A stretch of DNA of 64,000 nt, taken from NCBI RefSeq assembly GCF_009914755.1, contig NC_060944.1; one strand, given 5' to 3'. A program made the position numbers and the translations under genes. The stretch is from the human T2T-CHM13v2.0 reference genome, Homo sapiens. Positions within the stretch are counted from its first letter, which is position 1, and each line of letters begins with the position of its first letter. The notes beneath the pieces are model-generated. The model searched no databases. It saw nothing but the letters and a program-made list of their open reading frames with translations, and had not been told where the DNA came from. Shown here in pieces: positions 53,693 to 64,000 of the stretch.

Positions 53693-53787
53693 TATTGATT
53701 GATTGACTGAGATGGAGTTTCACTCTGTCGCCCAGGCTGGAGTGCAGTGGCGTGATCTCGGCTCACTGCAACCTCTGGCTCCCGGAA
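53693..53787 (-). mobile_element. Very short 5'-truncated Alu
   Basis: About 80 nt of Alu 3' end with (ATTG)n tail, between TSDs ccctgcatttct (53681-53692, 53789-53800). Confidence 0.92.
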
Positions 53788-53871
53788 ACCCTGCATTTCT
53801 AAGATTCTGGGACACTGATTGGGAGCCCATGGTGGGCATGCTGCCTGTGCCAGGAGGAAGTGGTACACACA

Positions 53872-54017
53872 TGATAGAGAGATGGCCAGTGTGCCAGGGT
53901 GAGTGGGGGACAGGCACATGTGCAGTGGGGGCTCACAGGATGGAATGCGTGATAGACAGATGGCTAGTGTGCCAGGTGCATGGGGGACGGGCGCAGGTAC
54001 AGTGGAGGCTCACAGGA
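53872..54017. repeat. Imperfect 78-bp-period tandem duplication (2 copies)
   Basis: tgataga.agatggc.agtgtgccagg...ggctcacagga at 53872-53940 and 53950-54017. Confidence 0.85.
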
Positions 54018-54432
54018 CAGGGCATCACCTGCAGGACTTCTCAGGCCTCAGTCGGGGCCTGAAATTTTTTTCCTGAGAACAACAGGATTATGCAGATAAT
54101 CCCATTTAGGTTTTCTAAAGATCACTCTAGACACAGAGTGGAGCAAGAATTGGGGTAAATAGAGTGGGTATGAGGTGACTGATTAGAAGACCACTGACAG
54201 GTGGGGCACTTTTGTTCTTAAAAAAAAAAAACTTGGCAAAAGTGATGCTCCACCTAGAGGGGCAAAAAAGTTAATTATTAGTTTTTAATTACACGTGTAA
54301 TCATGAATAATACTTAACACATAAAAATGCAATAGATAAGGCTGATGTTCAGTTTCACCACTACCCCATCCCAATACCATCCTCAGGTAAAATGACAGTT
54401 TGGAGTCTGGAGTACATCTGACAGATCTTCAT

Positions 54433-54435
<3 letters not shown>

Positions 54436-54472
<37 letters not shown>
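54436..54472. repeat. (TG)18 microsatellite
   Basis: Read directly. Confidence 0.97.
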
Positions 54473-54474
<2 letters not shown>

Positions 54475-56045
54475 CACAGCAGCAGCACACTGCACATCTC
54501 ATTGCACAACTTGCTCTTTTTACTCAAAAATGTTTTGTGGTTCCACACTGTGAAAACATGTAGCTCTGTCTCAACTTCCTGAGCAGGGACAGAGTCCCTC
54601 TGGGTGGGAATACTCTTATTTATGAAGCCATTCTCCTATTAACGAAGAGTTTGGTCATCACCAGTGTTTCACACTTGCATCATGCTCCTTGGACACACTG
54701 TTTATATCTCCTTAGCCCAGGCAGGGTTTGCTCTAGGGAATAACCAAGAAGAGAAATTGCTGGGTCTTTGAGTGTTGTGTTGCACATTTTTAATAGCCAT
54801 TTTCAAATTGCTTCCCAGTTTATACCCCTACCAGTAGCATATTAAATACCTCTCTTTTCCTCCAGTTTATAAAACTTTTTCTTCTTTTCCCCTTGGATGA
54901 GTAAAAGATGCTACCTTCTATGCCTGTGGATGGGAGGGCCTTTCCAGCCCTCCTTGATTCTCACTAGGGGTCTGTTATCCATTCTGTCCGTGGAAGGCTG
55001 GCATTCTCTAGTAGAAAAAAAGAACATGGAGGGACGATAAGACTCGTTTATTTATTTATTTATTTTTTTAAATCACAGAGAAGTAAGTTTCTCTTGACCA
55101 GATGTTATGTCCACTGGGCACAATTTGATATTCTCACCAAATATTAATAGATGTGTTCCTCAGCAGAGGCACGATGGATCAGCCTGCTCTGGGGGGACTC
55201 TGTCACTGCAAAGGACATCAAGGCCTTCCTCTGTGCCCAGCCAATTCATTAGACCCAGTTAGCAATTTGCAAAAGAGATGAGTTGATCTGCAGGCTGCCA
55301 AGCCCCAGTGTTACTCAGCTACCTCCCAGAAAGCTCAGAGAAGCCCTGGCCTCCCAGGAGCCTGAGAGAGCAAATAGTAATATGTGAGGCTTTAGGCAGA
55401 GGCTGAGCAGAGTCATCATTCCTCATTATAAACAGAAGCCAGAGAGATGAATTTCTCAGCCCTTCCTGGGTTAGGGTGGGATTTGGGGCCATAGTCCAGA
55501 CTCCCGGGATAAAATGAGAAGGCTCACAAAGCTGGGGCTCCCAATATGAGAGCAGTGTTTCTTTTTTCAAGCTTTTATTATTCCCAAACAGATTCCCTGG
55601 TTATCTTATTTTGAAATGTTGCTACTGGAGGCAGAACTTTAAACTCTGCATGCCTGTATTAGGAGGGACTCTTTGAGGTGTGAGGAAAAGAGGCTTGATT
55701 CAAATTGGCTTAGACAAACAAACAGAACCCAATTCATTATCTCACAGAACAGAGAGAATTGCTTCAAGCTCAGCTGGGTTCAGAGGCTCTGCAGGTGGGT
55801 GTGTTCGTCTCTCTCCATCTCTGGGCAGCTCTGGTCCTGCCCAGCTGTTCCATGCTTGTGTTAGCGTGACTGTTTTTTTTTTTTATATATATAACTGAGT
55901 CCCTAAACTCAATCTAACTGGCCTGGTTTGGTCATGTGGCTGTCCTTGACCCTGTCACTGGGGATGTTGAGCGGCCAGGTATGGGTCCTGCACCTGTCCA
56001 TGTACTGAGGGTTGGGTTGGGGCCATCTTTTTGCTACAGCCATTA

Positions 56046-56336
<291 letters not shown>

Positions 56337-56589
56337 CTAAAGAAGTGGGGGTCAGGCAAGTAATCACAGCAGATGTCCCCTCTTCCTCCATGCAGACATG
56401 GGGAAACCATCTTACTCATGGCTTAATGCAATTAGGTATGCATTTGTGAGCCACTGAGTGTCTTTTGAAGCCCCATGAGAGGAGAGGAACAGAAGATGGC
56501 TTGAGCCCTCACCTCAAGGAGGTTAGGAACCGGTTGGTGGACCAAGACACCTTTGTGAGACAGATGAGAGTCACGTGGCCTGAGGGTCC

Positions 56590-56790
56590 CAGGTAATTAC
56601 TGGGGCCTGTTCTGTGCCAGGCAATGTGTGGGAGCAGGAAGAGAGGCAAACAAGAACATGACATGGCCCTTGTCCTTAGGGAGAGCCCAGTGTGGCAAGG
56701 GGAGCCGGCACAGACTGGTAAACAAGTCATTACAAATGCAGTGCGGTGAGCTCGCTGATATGATTAAGCTTCCAAATGAGGGATCCTGAC
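56590..56790 (-). mobile_element. L2 fragment
   Basis: ctgtgccaggca...gacatggcccttgtccttagggag...taaacaagtcattacaaatgcagtg. Confidence 0.6.
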
Positions 56791-59444
56791 AAGGCCTGCT
56801 GGAGCGGAGAGGGGAGAGTGTGCTAGCATAAACAGGAGCATAGCAGGGGGTGGGGCATGCTTCCGACGCTCACCCCAAAGGCTTCTCCATTCGGCCCCCC
56901 ACTGCAGAAAGGAATGTCAGCAGGGCATGTGGGAGAACCGAAGGCCGTCACTCTTTATCATGCCTTCTTTCATCCCTCGATCATAAAGAATTTTTGCCAT
57001 ATACTCTAAACTGCTGGGAATGGAGCACTTAACTACTATGTACTTATTTATCTAAAATGCTAAGTGTTTCCCTTAGCAATCACTAATAGATTCCTGTAGA
57101 AACGGAGTGCCATGATTAGAATTCTGATGTCTGTGCCGACAGAAGGTGGGAAGGCAACAATAGGTAGTGCACTAATGATGGGTTCAGTGGGCAGGTGGGT
57201 GGGTAGGACGATATAGTCATTGAAGGAGAAGGTTGAAATATGGGCATTTTAAAGATAAATATGTGTTTATGTTAAAAGTTGAGAGAGAGAAAAGAGGAGA
57301 GGGAGGGAGAGAAACTCTCATACCTTCAATCCCACACCTGAAATGGGGACGGTTCTGCTTTTGAAAGACTTTCTGAAAACCGTTCTCATATTTGAGTTGG
57401 AAGACCCCCTTCTCAGCAGAGGGCCACAAATGAATCCTGAGTTTTGTTCTGGAATTTTCCTATGCAACGTGCTGGAACCAGTAGCCAAATAGAATCAGTG
57501 GATGAGGCAGGAAGAAAAATGAGGATCTCAGGGATGGAACTCAACAGGCTACAAATGGGACACAAAAGGCAAGACTCACTCTCAACAAAATCACGGAGGC
57601 ACCAGGTGCGCCTTGCGGGGTCTGTTTCCCCGACACCCACCTGCTGCCTGGTCTTCACAAGGGGCCAGGCCCTTTTGGTTTGGAGGCAGATGAGCCTGTA
57701 GGATTAATTCTAACTAAGGTGTGAGTGGAACCTAGGGGAGAAGTAACTTTAGGGGCTACAGAGAGAAACCTTCAGTGACACTGACTCATAATGGGAAGGT
57801 GATTCTCCTCTCAACTCCCTCTCCAGCCTCTTGATCATGCCATGGAGAAAGTCTTGTTTTGATTCCATCTTTAACACTTGCCTAAACCCCTTCCTAACCT
57901 CCCTTTTAATCAGAGAGAAAGAGGTTAGGTCTCAACATCTAGCTAGAATTTGAGAACACAATTCTGTTTTTATTGTTTTTTTTAAAGAAGAATCTGCTCC
58001 TTCTGATGCCAGACACTCCAAAGTCTCCTCAACCACCTTACTCCATTAACCTTGGAAAGCCTAACGTTTCCCTTTCTCTCTCAGCCTCCTTTGAGGCCAA
58101 GGCTGGTACAGGATAAATAATTTTGCTTTCTGGATTTAGAGGAATTGGTTTGAGTCTTGACTTTTACTAGTTCTTTGGGCAAAATTTGTTCCTTCTCATT
58201 GTCTCAGGTCCTCATCTGTAGAATGGGGCTGGAGTTTCTGAGTCCATAATTCATTTAATCTGGTGCCCAAGAACCCCATGAAGCCTGTCCAGGAATACCT
58301 GACTCATTTGCCCTTGAGATTGAGGAGAGGCTCAAGTTACATGAGACAGTGACTGTGAAAGTGCTGTGTGAACTACAAAGGACTTTACAGTGTGTGGTTA
58401 TCATGGCTGGGAGGTGGCAGGGGTGAGCATACACTGAATTTTCCCCCCAGGTCTGGACAAGACGTCTTCAAGCCAAAGGAGGGAGGCAGTGAATGGTGCA
58501 GGTCCATACTTTCCCCAGCAGGGAGCTCGTAGGGATTCGGGAGTACATTCTGGGCCCTTGAGTTTGTGCTACATGCATGCCTATGGTGCTCTTCCTGCCG
58601 GGGTGAGACTTGCCCTCCAGGTTGAGAAAATGACGAAACTGGAATAATCCTCCAAGCTCCAACTCGTCCCAGAGGCCTCCCTGGCAATACTGTGCTCTTG
58701 TAGGGACCCCATCGTCCTCTAGGTAAATGGTTCACACTGGCCCTCACCCCACTGCTGGCTGCTGGCAGGGAGCATGGGGAATCTGCTCCAAAAACAACCA
58801 TTGCTTCCTGCAGTAGCATTTTGAGAGTTTCCTCCAAATGTTTTTCCTCATCTAATTTTCAGTATGGCCCCGTGGGGTCAGGAGGTGATGTGTGGCCAGC
58901 CCTGTCCTAATTAGGAGTCTTGCCCAAGTTCATACGTTGAGGAAAAGAAATGCAAGCTCAGTTCCAAGGTTTTTCCCTTGCTAAAACTCTTAAAATTTTG
59001 GCTTGCTTATTTCCTTAACTTCCAAAGGACATGAACAAGTGATTTTTGTACCACCCTCCACATAGACATTAGCGATCATTTTCAGTCATTTTCAGCTTTC
59101 CGGTTTTGCTAGGAGGCACCTGGCGTGCCGGGAACGGACAAAAGCCATTTTTCTAAGTACTAGCGTTTGAAATTATTAAGTGTTCGTTAAGCACCCCCGG
59201 GTGCAAAGCACTCTCAGAGATGTTTATTTCTCAATTTTCCATAATTTCCTTATTTTTTTTCCCCTACCTAAAGGCAGATTGAAAAATGAACTCAGTGCAT
59301 TGGAGTCTGAATCATAGTTAATGTGCGACGCCCCCTCCCTTAACTGCGCTGTTTTCTTTCTGCCTCCTCCTGTCTCCCAGCTTATCAATCTGATAAAGTT
59401 CTTTTTAACCCCTACTCAGGGGCTGTAACTTTTGCTTTATTCCC

Positions 59445-60860
59445 ACGGGCATGGCAGGAAGCGATCAACGCAGAGCCCCGAACCCCACTCGCCCCACGGG
59501 CTGGGCTGAGCCGGGCTGGGGGTCGAGCTCAGCGAAGCCTCGGGAAGGCTGCAGGGTGCCCGGGCGGGCGGCGGGGTGGGTGCGGACCCCTGGCTGGGCG
59601 CTCCCGAGACCCCCCTACCCTGGTGGGTGGGCGCCCGGGGGCCTGGAGAGCCGCCTAGCCACGTGGATGCTTCTGGAAGAACACAAAGCCCGGGCCCCCT
59701 CCGCCCCCGCCGGCGCCAAGCCTCAATCTTGCAGGAGCAGAGAAGAAAGGCTCTGTTTTTCTCTCTCTCTTTTTTTTTTTTTGTGTGACAACAACCTCAC
59801 ATAACCTCAAAAGTTACCCATGAATTTACCAAAACTTTTTATGAAACTATTTTAACCTCTGGTGGGGGTTAAAAAACAAGCCTTGTGAATTTATTACCCG
59901 GAAGAAAGCGCAGAGGGCTGGGATTTACAGCAAAGCCGCCTTCCAAGCTCCGCGGGGGCCCCCTAGCGCCCATCGCGGGCACCGCCGAAGCCCGGCTCCC
60001 TCCTCGCTCCGCGGCGCAGCACGGCCTGGAGTCCGGTCTGGGAGGGAGGCGGGCGGACCCCAGACTCGTGCAATCAGGGGCACCTGCTCTGAACACCAGG
60101 GACCTGGCGGTACAAATTTATTTTATGTTCGTAGGGGTTTCCGTGGTAGAACCAAGGGAGCAGGCTGAAGCCGAAGGAAGGGAGAGCAGGGTTTTGATCC
60201 TAGTTCCTTGGCTTCTGCAAATCGGCTGGGACCCCCCGCTGAGCAAGCGACTGTCGTCACGGCCCCCGCACCAGACGACCCCAGCCTGTGGATGATGTTT
60301 CACTGCCCTCACATAAACGCCACCCAGAAATGCAAGAGTAAGAATGTTCACGAAGAGGGGAGGCAGGAGCCCCAGCTGATAACAGGAGGAGGCAGGAAGG
60401 GGGCCTTGGAGGAGGTCAGAGGGGGGACATTATTTCAGTTTCCCAGGACCAGGGTGAGAGATGGGGGTGAAAGAAGAAAAAGGACAAAACGAGGTGCCGA
60501 AGGCTCTATTGGGTGCTCTCTGTCCGCAGGGATGTAAAGCAGAATCCAGGATTCTGCCGCAAAATGCAGGCTCCCAATCGCTGCACGGTGACCAGGACTC
60601 CCGGACCCTTCGCTTGCCAAGTGTGTGCGATGGTTCCTTCCTCTCCAGCTTGCAGACACACTGGTTCTCTTTCAGAACTAGCCATGTTTTTTAAAAGCAC
60701 ATGGAAAAATGTTAATAAGCAAACGTTTTAACAGAGAGATGCAGGAGGAACGAGCCGGCAGCAGCCTCCCAGCAGAGGCAGCGGTGCTCCAGCGGCTACG
60801 GGAACGGGCCTCGGAGGAAAGCACTCGGGCTCGCTGCCGAGTTTCACCACCTGTAGTCAT
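59445..60860. promoter_or_regulatory. Intronic CpG island / candidate regulatory element
   Basis: Non-repeat GC- and CpG-dense blocks (about 59445-59720, 59900-60290, 60550-60850) separated by AT-rich spacers; GC boxes such as gggcgggcggcgggg. Confidence 0.8.
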
Positions 60861-60864
60861 GTCA

Positions 60865-60975
60865 TCCTAGGGACGTGTCTCAGCTCTTCTGTGCCTCGGT
60901 TTCCCCATCTGTAAAATGGGGGTGATAGTAACACTACACAAAATATATCTAGAATTTGAAAGAGTGCTTTGAATC
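60865..60975. mobile_element. MIR fragment
   Basis: tctgtgcctcggtttccccatctgtaaaatgggggtgatagtaac. Confidence 0.8.
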
Positions 60976-63084
60976 ATATAACCTTGGCTGTTGTGTGGTG
61001 AGGCCAGCTGGCTGGTATTCATCTAGCTCTACGGGGAAGGCAGAACCCAGATTTCACGTTAAATAAAATCTCTCAATTTTTACAGGGTGCTAATTTAAAC
61101 ACACATACACGCACGGACGTGCACTTGCACACATACCCCATCTGGGCCCAAATACAGTCAGCTAGTTTGAGACCTTTACTTCAAAGGCTGCCAGGAGGCC
61201 ACGGGACAGGAGGGAGGAAGGAAGGAGTCATCTCTCCCTGTCATCCACCACCCCCACATCCAGGCCACTGGAGCCAAACACTGAAACCGGTGTGGCCAGC
61301 GCTCTTTTGGGGGTGGATGGATTACGGGGAAACACGTCCTTCTTTTCCGTTCCCCCTGGGAGAATATAGCAGGGCACCCACTTTGAGTACCCTCGCACCA
61401 GGAGGCCTTCAGAAGCCACCTTGGAAATGTGATGGTGCGTGGCGGGTGGGGGGACTTCCTCTTGTTCCTGGAGACCTGCTTCCCCTCCCAACAAGTGCGT
61501 GCTCTGCACGCCCGGCTTCTCACCAGCCCAGGTACCTCGCCGCCTGGGTGCTTTGAGGTGCCCATAGGCTTCTCATCCGTGGTTTGGTAGCATCCTCTTC
61601 CAAGCTGACTTCTCATGTATTCCAGGAGGCCAACACTCTCCTGCACCCTAGGGCAGAAGAGCACTGGGTGGGGGGGCGCCTCTTCTGCCTCGTCCCATCC
61701 CAGCCTTCTTTTGTTCCCTCCTGATGGCTTACCCTGATGCCCTGATCATCTGATATACTCTAATTGCCCCATTGCCTTGACGAATCCGACTGTTCTTTGC
61801 ACTTCATCCAGCCCTGCTAGCTTCACTCCTTCAAGCATCCATGCATTCAGTAGCTGTTTGCTGGGCAACTGCTAGGCATTAGACATTGTTTCTTGAGAGG
61901 CAAATCAGGCACATTCCTCTGACTTTCGATTGTTTCTTAAAATGTTGAGGTTTTACAGTTGAACAGAGAAGGTTTAATAGTCGTTCAATCTAATCGAGAA
62001 AGCAACAACAGGAATTACTTGCTACAGTGATTCCAAAAGGGCAGCCCAGAGAGAATACTGAGAACCAAAGACATGTATTCTCATTCATCTTTGTCCAAAC
62101 AAATTAAATATGTTATTGATTTTTAAAAGTCCCTGCATGAATGGTTGAAAAGTAATTGGTTTTGTATGTTTTAATATGAAAACAATATTTTTAAAAATTG
62201 CTTCCTGGATTTGTAGGGTTTTTAAATTTTGTGATTTTTTTTTTTCCTTTTTCATTCTGTAGAGTAGAATACTGCATGCTTTTAACTGGTGGGGGAAAAG
62301 CTCTTTATTAGTCTTTTCATTAGTCTATATCTGTTGTGTTCCATTGTGTTTAATTTCAATTAATCTGGATTCATTTAAGTAATATTCCATTATAGGTTCA
62401 ATGCATGTATATTTTTTTTAACTTAAGAAATGGGGAACATTTTTTGGTCAATTTTAAGTAACTCTGCATTAAAGCTAAGAAAACCCACTTAACGTGGTTT
62501 ACTCTGGAAGTCTCCTTGAAGAAGAAGCTGTTCTTTTTTATTTTGTTAGGTTTTGTGTTTACCTTTCCCAATCTCGCCTTGGATTTTCCACGGCTGGTTT
62601 AGCAAGACTTGCTTTGGTCCTGACAGCTCAAGTCTTTCAGTGCTTCTGAGGACGCAGGGCATATTTCTTCTTTGCTTCCAGTTTCACTACTCAATAAATT
62701 TGTGGAGTCACCAAGCAGTCATCTGTGTAGTTTGATAAGGCAGAAAATGATGATTTCTCTATTATTTTGCTTAGAAGGATGAGAAACTAGATTAATCAAC
62801 GTCTGTTGGAAATGCCTCTTTATAGAAAAGACTGGCTTCTTTCATCAGAGTCATGATCTGTGGCTCATATGCAGACACATTAGATGGTTTTCCAGGGGAC
62901 AGGAGCAGACGATCAAACTCTGAATTTTAAGTCTGTCATTAGATGACGTGAGGTAAACTTTAGTCAACCTTTATTATGGTTAGGAGGGTGGTGGGGGCCA
63001 GCAGGCCTCCATGGAGTTCACCCATCTCATTCTCTGGGGCATCAGGGAAATCGTGCAATGTCTGTAAGAGTTAGGAGAATGGTG

Positions 63085-63520
63085 TGGGTTACCATTCTTG
63101 GTAGAAAGAGACTAAAACCCAGCTCAAAAAGGTTTAAGCACAAAAGGGAATTTGTTTGCTCATGTGATGAAAGAGCCCAGGGTAGCTCCAGCTGGATCCA
63201 GGGATGTAAACAATGTGACCAGGTCTCTGTTGATCCCTCTTCAAATCAGAGTAGACGTTCCTTTGGGTTGCCTTCATCCCTAGGCACATGGTGGCCTCAT
63301 GGCCCTGGCTTATATTATACCTACTTTCTGTTCAAAATCCCATCATCAGTGTGGGTCTTATGCCTGGCCCCGAACCTTCTACTTGGCCAGGTGGGTGGAA
63401 TATGCTCACTCCAAGAGATGAAAAGGAGTGGTCATAAGTCACCCAGCTTATATTGAGGAGGGATGTTCTCTAAAGGAGAACTGAGGTGGGGCATGGCTGC
63501 TGAACACACAGCACAGATGT
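63085..63520. mobile_element. Old MaLR LTR (MLT1-type)
   Basis: gtagaaagagactaaaacccagctcaaaaaggtttaagcacaaaagggaatttgtttgctcatgtg...gctggatccaggg. Confidence 0.55.
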
Positions 63521-64000
63521 CGATCACAACCTGACCTGCTTCCTAATGGGTAGAGGTGCTCAGTGAGTTGCTTGGCCAGCAAGCTGCCTTCTCCATGTTT
63601 TGTGCTACAAGTGATGTTGGTAGTGGATGCTGTTGGTGTCCTGTCTAGAACCCCTCTCCACCAGGCCAGGCCTCCACCCATTCCCATCTTTTTCTTACCC
63701 CTCCCTGCTTCCCTTATTCCCTCCACATTTTTCTTGAGAGTACCCCTTTAATAAAGCACTTTCACAAGAGCCCAAGTTATATGTAAATCATGAAATGCAG
63801 CTCTTTCTCGTTCATGCCCGATATAAGGCTATCACCTATTTTCTCAACACAAAGACTGAAAATTTTGGGGCCAACCCGAAATATATAAAGATGTAGAAGA
63901 AAAAGGCAAATTTCTACTGTAGTTTATTAATCTAGTTGCCTCTGTCCCTTTAAATCATGTGTTACATAAAATCTTAGTTTGGGGACATTATGTTTTCTGC

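Noticed and set aside
54248-54266. CTCF-like ccacctagaggggc
   Set aside because: Register does not fit the CTCF core without several mismatches.

Overview
Primate genomic DNA, most likely human given a young AluYb-lineage insertion. It contains the 5' part of ZNF831 (C20orf174; chr20q13.32 by recall), transcribed on the + strand. I can support a probable upstream non-coding exon ending at 1489, a giant 3774-nt exon (28269-32042, ATG at 28305, two C2H2 fingers), and two phase-consistent coding exons (33154-33290 and 44178-44329). These give 4027 coding nt, and the CDS continues beyond the window. The rest is intron: nested old L1 elements (mostly antisense to the gene), a two-LTR gag-retaining, pol-deleted ERVL relic, MaLR LTRs, Alus of several ages, MIR/L2, MER DNA transposons, microsatellites, an exonic CpG island and an intronic CpG island (about 59.45-60.86 kb). 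There are no prokaryotic-type systems (CRISPR, operons) and I see no wholly new gene system. The most interesting signals concern ZNF831 itself: HIVEP/Schnurri-like motif blocks, an apparently decayed second zinc-finger pair, an overlapping upstream ORF that a -1 slip in a coding C8 run would fuse to the main ORF, and a stop codon embedded in an intronic AATAAA. Repeat boundaries and subfamily names are by eye and approximate.
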